64,000 bases of DNA from an uncultured delta proteobacterium. Its GTDB lineage: Bacteria; Desulfobacterota; Syntrophorhabdia; Syntrophorhabdales; WCHB1-27. Each line of letters starts with the position of its first letter. The stretch's first letter is position 1. Below are positions 53,354-62,790 of the stretch, in pieces. The stretch covers positions 128,001 to 192,000 of the forward strand of contig CAWEPK010000010.1 in the NCBI GenBank assembly GCA_963810935.1, given 5' to 3'. The notes below the pieces were generated by a model. The model ran no database searches, had not been told where the DNA came from, and was given only the letters and a program-made list of their open reading frames with translations. The position numbers and the translations under genes are program-made.

Positions 53354-53485
53354 GCGGGGATAGGGCGCGCGCCTCATGACGGGGTCGGGCCGGGCAATCG
53401 ACTCCCCCCCCGGACGTATATTTTCCGGCCGTTTGGCCCGTAGTGCTTTCGCATACAATCGGACTTTTATTCGGGGAGAATTAGC

Positions 53486-53514
53486 TTGACATCAAAAATT
53501 CCGTTTGCTAAGAT
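53486..53514 (+). promoter_or_regulatory. sigma70 promoter
   Basis: TTGACA-N17-TAAGAT with TG extension. Confidence 0.65.
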
Positions 53515-53561
53515 ACGTTTTGCTCTTTATTTCACATTCATCCCAAAGGAGAGGGAAATCT

Positions 53562-54719
53562 ATGGATTTCAAATGGTCCGATGAACTGGAATCAATGCGC
53601 AAAATGGCTTACGATTTTGCGGTCAAAAATGTCAAGCCTACCATGGAAGAAGATGAGAAGGAGCACAAATACCGCCCCGAGCTGCTGAAGAAAATGGGTT
53701 CACAGGGAATGTTCGCCTGCCTGGCGCCCGAGAAGTTCGGAGGGCTCGGACTGGAGCAGGGCCACCTGGCTGCCAGCCTTATGGCTACTGAATTTGCCAG
53801 GGTCAGCCCGTCCTGGGGTCTTCCCTTCAACCTTCAGATGAACGGTCCCCAGAACGTATTGCTCAAGTTCGCGAATGAGGAGCAGAAAGAGCAGTTCCTG
53901 CCGGGCCTCATCGCCGGGACGAGCGGCGGCTGCTTCGCCATCACCGAGCCCAACTCCGGGTCGGACGTGGCAAGCATGAGGACGACCGCGACGGAAGTGG
54001 ACGGCGGCTGGGTCCTGAACGGCTCGAAGACGTGGATATCGGGTGTTCCTTACTGCGGCTGCGGCGTTGTTTACGCCATGACGGACAAGGCCGCCAAGCA
54101 CAAGGGCATGTCCGCCTTCTTCATCGACTTCAATACTCCCGGCATCACGCAGCGGGCGATCACCACGAAGCTTGGCCTCCACTGCGCCCCCACCGGGGAG
54201 ATATTCTTCGAAGAGGCCAAAATCCCCAAGACGGCCCTAGTCGGCAAGCTCGGCCAGGGATTCCAGATATGCATGACCATGCTCAATTTCACGCGGCTCA
54301 GCTCGGCTGCGCGCGCCCTGGGCGTCGCCCAGAGCTGCATCGAGGAAGCATGCAAGTACGCTAACGAAAGGGAGCAGTTCGGCCAGCCCATCGGCCAGTT
54401 CCAGATGGTCCAGGAGCAGATCGCCAGGATGTACGTCGAGCATGAGGCTGCGAAGCTCCTCGTCTATAAGGCGGCATGGCAGAAGGACCTTGGCATGAAC
54501 AACACGCTCGAGACGTCGATGGCCAAGTACTACGCGGCCGAATCGGCCAACTTCTGCGCATCGGAAGCGGTCAAGATTTTCGGCTCCTACGGGTTCTCCT
54601 CCGAGTACCCTGTCGAAAGATTTCTGAGGGACGCCAAGTCCTACCAGATAGTCGAAGGAACGTCAAACGTACAGAAGATGATCATCGCCCAATTCGCTTT
54701 GGGATACAGAAAAAGCTAA
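53562..54719 (+). CDS. acyl-CoA dehydrogenase, glutaryl-CoA dehydrogenase (non-decarboxylating)-like
   Basis: ITEPNSGSD, NGSKTWI, QFG.PI, IVEGTSN; followed by a biotin carrier. Confidence 0.85.
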   Translation: MDFKWSDELESMRKMAYDFAVKNVKPTMEEDEKEHKYRPELLKKMGSQGMFACLAPEKFGGLGLEQGHLAASLMATEFARVSPSWGLPFNLQMNGPQNVLLKFANEEQKEQFLPGLIAGTSGGCFAITEPNSGSDVASMRTTATEVDGGWVLNGSKTWISGVPYCGCGVVYAMTDKAAKHKGMSAFFIDFNTPGITQRAITTKLGLHCAPTGEIFFEEAKIPKTALVGKLGQGFQICMTMLNFTRLSSAARALGVAQSCIEEACKYANEREQFGQPIGQFQMVQEQIARMYVEHEAAKLLVYKAAWQKDLGMNNTLETSMAKYYAAESANFCASEAVKIFGSYGFSSEYPVERFLRDAKSYQIVEGTSNVQKMIIAQFALGYRKS

Positions 54720-54729
54720 GGAGGGAAAG

Positions 54730-54945
54730 ATGGCTACGGAAGTAACTGTCCCGATGGTAGGAAAAATAGTAAGCTTGCAGGTTAAAGTGGGCGACAAGGT
54801 AGCCGAAGACGATCAGATCGCCAGCCTGGAGGCCATGAAGATGGAGATGCCGATCGTGGCCCCGACTGGCGGCGTGATAAAAGAGATACTCGTGTCGCCC
54901 GGCCAGGAAGTCGACGCCGATACGGTCCTCGCCATAATCGAGTAA
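54730..54945 (+). CDS. biotin carboxyl carrier protein
   Basis: 71 aa, EAMKM. Confidence 0.92.
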   Translation: MATEVTVPMVGKIVSLQVKVGDKVAEDDQIASLEAMKMEMPIVAPTGGVIKEILVSPGQEVDADTVLAIIE

Positions 54946-55009
54946 CCGCGGGCGGCCTCTTCGAGGCACAAACTGCAGACAAGAGGGCTGTGCTGGGATA
55001 GAAGACCCC

Positions 55010-55045
55010 AAAAGCCCCTCTCATCCAGTGAGAGGGGCTTTTTTT
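55010..55045. terminator. bidirectional intrinsic terminator
   Basis: AAAAGCCCCTCTCA-tccag-TGAGAGGGGCTTTTTT between convergent genes. Confidence 0.85.
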
Positions 55046-55059
55046 ACTTCCCGGCTGTG

Positions 55060-55359
55060 CTACACTTCGTGCGGCGTCCCTGCGGGGTGGCCCGGCGTCT
55101 TCTCCTCAATGGGCCTCCGGCTGCTCTCGACCTCGCTCCTGGCCTCGGCGACGAGGTCCGAAAGCGACTCCTCCGCCCCTGCCACGCCCTTTTTCCCCGC
55201 ATCGTACAGTAGGATCCCGCCCTTGACTGCGGCCTTTACGACCGGCTTGACGATCCCGCCTATGACCGGGACGATTACGGGGCCAAGGATGACTGTTCCG
55301 AGGCCTATGGCCAGGCTCGTCCCCAGGTTGCCCTTAAAAATATCCTCTATGAAGCTCAT
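55060..55359 (-). CDS. DUF5132-like small protein
   Basis: KPVVKAAVKGG...DLVAEAR. Confidence 0.7.
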   Translation of the reverse strand: MSFIEDIFKGNLGTSLAIGLGTVILGPVIVPVIGGIVKPVVKAAVKGGILLYDAGKKGVAGAEESLSDLVAEARSEVESSRRPIEEKTPGHPAGTPHEV

Positions 55360-55426
55360 GACGGTACCTCCTGAATCATAATCGACACGATGGCCCGGGA
55401 TGTCAACCGGTCGGGGAGCGGGCCGG

Positions 55427-56008
55427 TCAGGGGCCCTCTATGACTGCGAGGGGGTCAAGGAGCGTGAAGCATCCGGGGTCGACCAGGTCCGGCCAGGTAA
55501 GCCCTTCGTACGAGACACCCTTTTGCGGGCAGGCGAGGGAGACGTGCAGGTGCGGGCGAACCTTTGCTTTTGTGTTTGGTCCGGCAATAAGACCGATGAC
55601 CTCCCCCTCTTTCACGACGGCCCCATGCCGAAGGGCTTTTCCCTGGGCTATATGCCCGTAAACGGTGACGAACGGGTCGTCCGCATACGGGCGGCAGTGC
55701 TCGAGGACGGCCGTCTTCCCCAGGAAATCATCGATGAGCGCAACCACTCTTCCGCCGTACATGGCGGGAACGACCATCCCTGCTTCAACCTGGAAAAGCC
55801 CTTCCCCCTTGCCTGCGAACAGGCAGAAATCGGTCCCTTCGTGGGGGGTGGTGCGTGCTCCGGGGCCGTCCCACCACTTATCCGTTTCTTCGAATAACAT
55901 GCCCGGAAGAAAAACCCATGCCCGAAAGCCACGTTTGTCGAGGCCGTTTTCCCTCACTATGAATTCAGTAAATCTGCTGCGCGGTATGTCGCGCACCCGG
56001 CTATCCAT
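55427..56008 (-). CDS. M23 peptidase-like protein
   Basis: HEGTD, YGH, PHLH. Confidence 0.75.
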   Translation of the reverse strand: MDSRVRDIPRSRFTEFIVRENGLDKRGFRAWVFLPGMLFEETDKWWDGPGARTTPHEGTDFCLFAGKGEGLFQVEAGMVVPAMYGGRVVALIDDFLGKTAVLEHCRPYADDPFVTVYGHIAQGKALRHGAVVKEGEVIGLIAGPNTKAKVRPHLHVSLACPQKGVSYEGLTWPDLVDPGCFTLLDPLAVIEGP

Positions 56009-56567
56009 GCAGCCGTTTAACGATCCAGGCCATCCTCCGGCCGAGGACGGCTGCCAACTCCATGCCCTCCTCGTCTGCCGCGACCTCGCCTTTCTCCTTC
56101 CCCAGGCCGAGGACCCGTCCGGCTATGACCAAATCATTACTGAAGAAAAGATGGTTCATCGTCTCGATGGTATGCATGGCGCCCGAGCGCCGGAAACAGG
56201 CGAGCGAAGCACCTACCTTGTTCTTGTACATCTTGCCGTTCGCCAGGCCGACAAAGCCGACGCGGTCGATAAATGCCTTCATCTCGGCGGTCACGTCCTG
56301 AAAATAGGAGGGAGAGCCGAGGACCAGCCCTTGTGCCCCCATGATCTTTTCGATGTACTCGTTGGCCGCATCGTTTTTTACCGCGCACCGCCCGTCCAGG
56401 TTCTCGAAGCACTTGTAACAGGCGATGCATCCGCGTATCGGTTTCTCGGAAAGCTGCACCAGCTCCGTCTCGATCCCCTCCTGCCCGACCGCTTCAAGGA
56501 GTCGGCCGATCAGCATGGTCGTGTTTCCGTCCTTCCTCGGGCTCCCGTTGAACGCTACTATTTTCAT
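56001..56567 (-). CDS. flavodoxin-like iron-sulfur flavoprotein
   Basis: GSPRKDGNT, CIACYKC......C, GSPSY, KAFIDR. Confidence 0.9.
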   Translation of the reverse strand: MKIVAFNGSPRKDGNTTMLIGRLLEAVGQEGIETELVQLSEKPIRGCIACYKCFENLDGRCAVKNDAANEYIEKIMGAQGLVLGSPSYFQDVTAEMKAFIDRVGFVGLANGKMYKNKVGASLACFRRSGAMHTIETMNHLFFSNDLVIAGRVLGLGKEKGEVAADEEGMELAAVLGRRMAWIVKRLHG

Positions 56568-56668
56568 AAACACTCCTCCATTATCGCTGTCATTAGGATC
56601 TGTCTTCATTCTATCACCCCGGCCCCCGCCTGTAAAAGAGACCGGTTTACGAAGGTCCGCTTTTTTCC

Positions 56669-56697
56669 TTGACGGGGCCTCCGCAATCCGATATAAA
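56669..56697 (+). promoter_or_regulatory. sigma70 promoter for second IclR/Mo-enzyme module
   Basis: TTGACG-N17-TATAAA. Confidence 0.5.
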
Positions 56698-56704
56698 GTT
56701 CTGT

Positions 56705-57536
56705 ATGGCGGACCTCGGTTCTAAGTCGTCGAAAAAACCAAAGAACGGCAAGGACGTAAAAGACCTTAAAGAGAAACCTATGTCCCCGGCCGTAGAGCAG
56801 GCATCGCGCGTGCTCTTCTGTCTGGCCGATGCCAGGTCTACCTACATGAGCCTTACCGACATCCACACGAAGGTAGGCATACACAAGAGCAAGGCCTTCT
56901 CCATTCTGGAGACATTGCGGGAATCCGGGCTCGTGCGTAAGAACAGCGACGGGAAGGGCTATATGCTCGGCCCAAGCCTGGTCTTCCTGTCACGCAGGGT
57001 CATGGACCTCCTCAGCCCTGCCCGGCTCGCGGAGCCGGTTCTGCGGGACCTCTCACGGAAGACGCGTTCCACGGCCGTGCTTTGGCTTATCGACGGGTCG
57101 AACGTATTCGTAGCAGCCAAGCACGAGGCAGAGGATGATTTCAGCATCGCGATGCGCATCGGGCAGCGTCTTCCTGCTACGTACGGCGCACACGGCAAGA
57201 TGATGGCCGCTCTAATGCCGGAGGCCGAACTGGCCGGGCTCCTGAAAGAAAAACACCTTTATTTCCAGAGCAGGACCGGCAAGGTGCGGGTGGAGCAGAC
57301 TCCGCAGAGAGCTTGAAGATTGCCGCCGGGACGGCGTCGCGATAGACCCGGGTGAAGTAGCCCCCGGCATGCATGTGATCGCGTCCCCGGTGTTCGGTCC
57401 GAGGGGCGCACCCGTCGGCTTTATAGAGATATTCGTCCTGTTCTCACCGGGACGTGTCCACAAGCTGGCCCCGTCGGTGGCGGAGGCGGGCAAGGCGCTC
57501 TCGCGGGAGCTGGGCGCACATATGGAAGGCCGCTGA
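56705..57536 (+). CDS. IclR family regulator (one-base insertion near 57299)
   Basis: IHKSKAFSILETL HTH, GAHGK; tail ELEDCRRDGVAID...IASPVFG...LSRELG in second frame. Confidence 0.85.
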
Positions 57537-57579
57537 GGCAGGCGTCCTTCATTCATTAACGGATAAGGAGAGGCGAGGC

Positions 57580-58119
57580 ATGGCAACGAAACCGCAAAAA
57601 CGAAAAGGCGACAGCGGTACTGCAAAGACGGGCCGTATAAACCTCACGGTGAATGGACGAACGCACGTCCTCACGGTAGGGGATGGGCCGGGCCTGGTGA
57701 GCCCCGGCCACACCCTCGCCCATACGCTCCGGGAGGACCTGGGCCTGACCGGGACCAAGGTCTCCTGCGATAACGGCGCCTGCGGCTGTTGCACGGTCCT
57801 CATTGAAGGGAAAGCGGTGCTTTCCTGCATGATGCTGACCGTTGAGTGCGACGGCAAGCACGTCAGAACAATCGAGGGGCTGGGTGACGCTAAGGAAGGC
57901 AAACTGGACGTGCTCCAGGAAGCGTTTATAGAGCACCAGGCTTTTCAGTGCGGGTTCTGCACTCCGGGCATTATCATGAACGCCAGGGCCCTCCTCGACG
58001 AGAACCCGGCGCCGACCGAAGTGGAAGTGCAAGAGGCGCTTTCGGGTAACTTCTGCCGCTGCATAAGCCATTATCACGTTGTCAGGGCTGTCATGGCGGC
58101 ATCGGAAAAGGCAAGGTGA
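57580..58119 (+). CDS. (2Fe-2S)-binding small subunit of Mo enzyme
   Basis: CDNGACGCC, QCGFC, CRC. Confidence 0.93.
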   Translation: MATKPQKRKGDSGTAKTGRINLTVNGRTHVLTVGDGPGLVSPGHTLAHTLREDLGLTGTKVSCDNGACGCCTVLIEGKAVLSCMMLTVECDGKHVRTIEGLGDAKEGKLDVLQEAFIEHQAFQCGFCTPGIIMNARALLDENPAPTEVEVQEALSGNFCRCISHYHVVRAVMAASEKAR

Positions 58120-58123
58120 GGCG

Positions 58124-60412
58124 ATGGGAGACAAATACCGCTTTATAGGCAAAGCGACACGCCGCAAGGACGCGACCGAGATCGTAACGGGGGGCGGCCG
58201 GTATCTGAACGATATCAAAATGCCGGGGGTGATCTACGGGAAAGTGCTGAGAAGCCCCCACGCCCACGCCATCGTGAAGAACGTAGATAAAAGAAAGGCG
58301 GAGGCCCTGCCCGGCGTCGAGGCAGTGCTGTGGTGGAAGGACGTACCCGACTGGAAGGGCGGCACTCCCCGCCACACCCGCATACTCGACAGCAGGGTGC
58401 GCTACGTCGGAGACGCCGTCGCCCTCGTTGCCGCGGTGACGGAAGAGAAAGCGACGGAGGCCCTGCACCTTATAGACGTGGAGTATGAGGTACTGCCGGC
58501 TGTCCTCGACCCCGAAGAGGCGCTCAAACCGGGAGCGCCCCAGTTGTACGAGGAATACCCCGGCAACGTGGTCACGCCGGGCATGCCCTTTTTCGGTCCC
58601 AAGGCCCTCAAAGAGGTGGTGATGGGAGACGTGGATAAAGGGTTCGCCGAGGCCGACGTCATCACGGAAGGGACTTTCGCCTACGAGAACCTCCCCAACC
58701 CGCTGCCGCCGGAGTCGCCCGGCGCGATCGCCCTGTGGGAAGAGCCCGACAAAGTGACCCTCTGGGTCACCAACCAGGCGTCCTATATGGATAAGATCAC
58801 CCTCCACCACGTGATGGACAGGAAGGTCGAGGTAAGGACCATAGCAGGGCCGTGCGGGGCCAGCTTCGGATCGAAGTTCATGTCCTGGCAGGTACAGACT
58901 TACGCCATTCTTTTGAGCAGGGCGACGCGCAAGCCGGTGAAAGTGATGTTCACCAAGGAAGAGCACCTCGCGGCCTTCGTTCTGCGTCCCGCGTCGCGGA
59001 TGACGGCCAGGGTCGGCATGAAGAAGGACGGCACCGTCACTGCGATACAGGGCAACTGGATCATCGACACGGGCTACTATTCGCAGACCACCCAGTCGCA
59101 GGTGGCGGTGGGGTGCGGCGAGACCCAGATCATGCTGCAATGCCCCAACTGGGACCTTAAGAACGTCATAGTCTGCACGAACCGCAACGCCTCCGGCATT
59201 GTCCGGGGCTTCGGCGGGCAGGAATTGAAGTGCATCCTGATACCCGTTTTGAGCCTGGCTATGCAAAAGCTCGACATAGACCCGTTCGAGTTCCTGCAAA
59301 AAAGCTACGTCAAGCCCGGGGGCGGCTACTACTGGCGCGACGGCATCTGGTACACGTACCGTGGGGTCGATTACACCGCCATGATGAATAAAGGCGCGCA
59401 GGCCTTCGGTTGGAAAGAGAAGTGGAAGGGTTGGCTGAAGCCGACGGCCGTAAACGGCGCCAAAAGAAGGGGCATAGGCGTGGGCGTCCACGGCAACGCA
59501 GACATCGGAGAGGACGCCTCTGAGGCATACGTGCGGCTCGGCCCCTATGGGACTGCGCTGGTCGTCTCCTGCGTCACCGAGCACGGGACGGGCCAGAGGA
59601 GCAACCTCGCAAAGATGGTCGCCGAAGTGCTCCAGATACCCCTGGAGAAGGTATCGATGTCGCCGGCAGACTCCCTTTTCACCCCATATGAGTTCGGACC
59701 TGCCGGGTCGCGCGGGACTTACGCCATCGGCAGCGCCGTCATAAACGCGGCCGAGGACGCGAGGAAAAAACTCCTGGAGATATTTGCCCCCATCTTCAAT
59801 GAAGACCCGGAGGGTCTGGACACGGTTGACGGGATGGTCTTCAGGAAGAAAAACCCGGACAAGAAGATACCGTGGCGCGCGATGAGCGTGGACCGCACGA
59901 TAACCGGCTTCGGGCGCTTCGAGCCGGATTACACGCTGACAACGTGCATCATGAGCTTCGTCGAAGTCGAGGTAGATACGGAGACAGGCAAAGTGACCCT
60001 CGTTAAGGTAGTCAACGCGACGGACATCGGGCAAATTATCGACCCGCTCGGCCTGGAGAACCAACTGAACGGCTGCCTTGGCACTGCGGGCATCGACAGC
60101 GCGATCTTCGAGGAGACGGTTATCGACCAGCGGACCGGGCACACGCTCAACGCGAACATGATCGACTACAAGTGGCGCACCTTCAGGGAGCTTCCGCCGA
60201 TCGAGAACGTAGTTCTGGAAACGCCGTTCCCAAGCCACCGCTTCCACGCTATCGGCATAGGCGAGAACGCGACTTCCCCCGGCCCGTCGGCCGTTCTCAT
60301 GGCCGTCTCGAACGCGTGCGGGACGTGGCTGCACGATTACCCAGTCACGCCCGATAAGGTACTGAGGGCGCTCGGAAAAATAGAAGACGCCCGTAAAGGA
60401 GGTGCACAATGA
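58124..60412 (+). CDS. xanthine dehydrogenase family molybdopterin-binding subunit
   Basis: RSPHAHA, SFGSK, RGFGG, EHGTG, EVEVDTETG, GIGE. Confidence 0.92.
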   Translation: MGDKYRFIGKATRRKDATEIVTGGGRYLNDIKMPGVIYGKVLRSPHAHAIVKNVDKRKAEALPGVEAVLWWKDVPDWKGGTPRHTRILDSRVRYVGDAVALVAAVTEEKATEALHLIDVEYEVLPAVLDPEEALKPGAPQLYEEYPGNVVTPGMPFFGPKALKEVVMGDVDKGFAEADVITEGTFAYENLPNPLPPESPGAIALWEEPDKVTLWVTNQASYMDKITLHHVMDRKVEVRTIAGPCGASFGSKFMSWQVQTYAILLSRATRKPVKVMFTKEEHLAAFVLRPASRMTARVGMKKDGTVTAIQGNWIIDTGYYSQTTQSQVAVGCGETQIMLQCPNWDLKNVIVCTNRNASGIVRGFGGQELKCILIPVLSLAMQKLDIDPFEFLQKSYVKPGGGYYWRDGIWYTYRGVDYTAMMNKGAQAFGWKEKWKGWLKPTAVNGAKRRGIGVGVHGNADIGEDASEAYVRLGPYGTALVVSCVTEHGTGQRSNLAKMVAEVLQIPLEKVSMSPADSLFTPYEFGPAGSRGTYAIGSAVINAAEDARKKLLEIFAPIFNEDPEGLDTVDGMVFRKKNPDKKIPWRAMSVDRTITGFGRFEPDYTLTTCIMSFVEVEVDTETGKVTLVKVVNATDIGQIIDPLGLENQLNGCLGTAGIDSAIFEETVIDQRTGHTLNANMIDYKWRTFRELPPIENVVLETPFPSHRFHAIGIGENATSPGPSAVLMAVSNACGTWLHDYPVTPDKVLRALGKIEDARKGGAQ

Positions 60413-62760
60413 AATCTTTCGTGCACCGCAATGCAAGGTCGATCGACGAGGCTGCCCGGCTCCTGAAAAAGAATAAAGGTAAGGCGAAGGTTAACGCGGG
60501 CGGCACTGACCTTCTGAATGCGCTCAAGGACGAGTTCCTGCCCGATTACCCGGAGACCATCATCAACATTAAGGGCATCGAGGGGCTGAGTTATATAAGA
60601 CAGGACAAGGGGGGCTTGAAGATAGGCGCGGCAACGCCTTTATCGGAGATAGCCGCCTCGCCCGCAGTTAAGGAAGGCTATGGGCTGCTCGCGGAATGCG
60701 CCAGGTCTGTGGCCACGCCCGCCATAAGGAACATGGCGACCATCGGCGGCAACATGGCCCAGGACGTGCGGTGCTGGTACTATAGGTATCCGTTCCACCT
60801 GGGAGGCCCCATCGTCTGTCTGAGAAAGGGCGGCAAGACCTGCGACGCCCTCAACGGGGACCACAGATATCACTCGGTATTCGGGGCTGCCCCTATGGAG
60901 AAGACCCCCTGCTCGGCAGGCTGCCCTTCGGGGATCGACATCCCGGCATATATGGAAAACGTAAGGGAAGGCAAGTTGGCCGAAGCCGCCCGCATCCTGA
61001 TCGATTATAACCCGATGCCCGCTGTCACGGGCCGGGTATGCCCTACCTTCTGCGAGCCGGAATGCAACCGGGCCGCAATCGACGCGCCCGTCGCCGTAAG
61101 GTGCGTAGAGCGCTCCGTAGGCGATTACATGCTTGAGAACGCCGATCTTATATTCAGGCCGCCTGCGTCAGAGTCCGGGAAGAGCGTTGCGGTTGTCGGC
61201 TCCGGGCCGGCGGGCCTTGCGGCAGCTTTTTACCTGCGGAGATTGGGCCATAAGGTCACGGTCTTCGAAAGACTATCGGAGGCGGGGGGTATGCTTATCT
61301 ATGCGATACCGCCCTACCGTCTGCCGAAGGACATAGTCGGAAAACAGATCGAAGCACTCAAAAAGACGGGCATCGAGATCCGTACAGGCGTTGCGGCAGG
61401 CAAGAAAGAGTCCGTCCCAGGCATGATTCGCCGGTTCGACGCAGTCTTCATCGCGGCCGGCGCGTGGAAGGAGCGGCCGATGGGCATCAAGGGGGAGGCG
61501 CTCACCTCTTCCGGCCTTGCGTTCCTGGGCCGCATGAATGTGGGCCGGAGGGAGATACCGGGCAAGAACGTCGCCGTTATCGGCGGCGGCAACGTCGCCC
61601 TCGACGTGGCGCGGACGCTGCTCAGGCTAGGCGCCAAGCCGTTAGTCGTCTACCGGCGGACCAGGGCACAGATGCCCGCGCTCGCCGACGAGGTAGAAAA
61701 GGCACTCGAAGAAGGCGTCCGTTTCCGCTTCCTGACGCTGCCGAAACAAGCGTCGAAGGAGGGGCGTGCTACAAAGCTCACGTGCACGCGCGCAAAATTA
61801 GGGGCGCCTGACGCCTCCGGGCGGCGCAGTCCCGTGGAGATACCGGGCTCGGAGTTCACCCTGAAGTTCGATGCGGTAATAAAAGCAATCGGGGAAACGC
61901 CCGACGTTGCTTTCCTTCCTGCCGCCATGCAGATAAAGGCGCGCCAAAAAGGTGAGCACGCGCGCCTGCTCGGCGGAAAAGTCTTCGCAGGCGGCGACTT
62001 CCTGACAGGGCCTTCGACCGTTATCGAGGCATTGGCCGCAGGGAAAGAGGCGGCCGGCCTCATAGACGCGTCGCTTAAAGCGAAAAACGCATCAACGGGG
62101 ACGAGGTCCGCAGTCCGTCAAACAAAGCCGTATTTCGAGGCGGCGCCTCGCCTGTCCGTCCGGGAGGCGGCCGCAGCGGACCGGATCAAAAACATTGACG
62201 CAGAGGAGACGCAGGGTGTCGCCGCGAAGGCAATCCGGCAAGAGGCGGGCAGGTGCCTCGATTGCGGCTGCCTGGCGGTAAACCCTTCCGATATAGGGAT
62301 TGCGCTCATTGCGCTCAACGCAAAAGTCGTGACTACGAAAGGGACGATAGGCGCGCAGGATTTTTTTGCGGCAACCGCCACGTCCTCGACCGTCCTTGAG
62401 TCCGACGAGCTGATAACCGAAATCGTGGTCCCCAGACCGCCCGCAGGCGCTCGCCAGGACTACAGTAAATTTACACTCAGGGCGCCTGTCGATTTTGCCA
62501 TGGTGAGTGTCGGCACCCTCATTGACGCACCCAACGGCTCGTGCAAAGAGGCCCGCATCGTCCTCGGCGCGCTCGGCCCGACACCCGTGCGGGCAACCGC
62601 AGCGGAAAAACTGCTCAAGGGGCGGAAGATCGACGACGAGATCGCGGGGCGGGCTGCGGAGGCCGCCCTTGCAGGCGCCTATCCTCTTGGGATGAACGGA
62701 TACAAGGTAGAGATAGCGAAATCGCTTATAAGGGAGGCGATACTGAAAAACGGAAAGTAG
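60409..62760 (+). CDS. Mo-enzyme FAD subunit with inserted GltD-like 4Fe-4S/FAD/NAD(P) domain
   Basis: AGGTDL, IRNMATIGGN, RCWYYR; insert PC..GCP, GRVCP..CE..C, GSGPAG, GGGNVA.D, RCLDC; resumes CLAVNPSD. Confidence 0.88.
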   Translation: MKSFVHRNARSIDEAARLLKKNKGKAKVNAGGTDLLNALKDEFLPDYPETIINIKGIEGLSYIRQDKGGLKIGAATPLSEIAASPAVKEGYGLLAECARSVATPAIRNMATIGGNMAQDVRCWYYRYPFHLGGPIVCLRKGGKTCDALNGDHRYHSVFGAAPMEKTPCSAGCPSGIDIPAYMENVREGKLAEAARILIDYNPMPAVTGRVCPTFCEPECNRAAIDAPVAVRCVERSVGDYMLENADLIFRPPASESGKSVAVVGSGPAGLAAAFYLRRLGHKVTVFERLSEAGGMLIYAIPPYRLPKDIVGKQIEALKKTGIEIRTGVAAGKKESVPGMIRRFDAVFIAAGAWKERPMGIKGEALTSSGLAFLGRMNVGRREIPGKNVAVIGGGNVALDVARTLLRLGAKPLVVYRRTRAQMPALADEVEKALEEGVRFRFLTLPKQASKEGRATKLTCTRAKLGAPDASGRRSPVEIPGSEFTLKFDAVIKAIGETPDVAFLPAAMQIKARQKGEHARLLGGKVFAGGDFLTGPSTVIEALAAGKEAAGLIDASLKAKNASTGTRSAVRQTKPYFEAAPRLSVREAAAADRIKNIDAEETQGVAAKAIRQEAGRCLDCGCLAVNPSDIGIALIALNAKVVTTKGTIGAQDFFAATATSSTVLESDELITEIVVPRPPAGARQDYSKFTLRAPVDFAMVSVGTLIDAPNGSCKEARIVLGALGPTPVRATAAEKLLKGRKIDDEIAGRAAEAALAGAYPLGMNGYKVEIAKSLIREAILKNGK

Positions 62761-62790
62761 CCCGCCTTTTGGGGCAAAGGAGGGGCGCTC

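Noticed and set aside
58091..60436. 781-aa antisense ORF (likewise 3931-5388, 20542-21873, 33603-34664, 40809-42110, 46768-47862)
   Set aside because: Shadow frames of well-supported genes in GC-rich DNA; no recognisable motifs.
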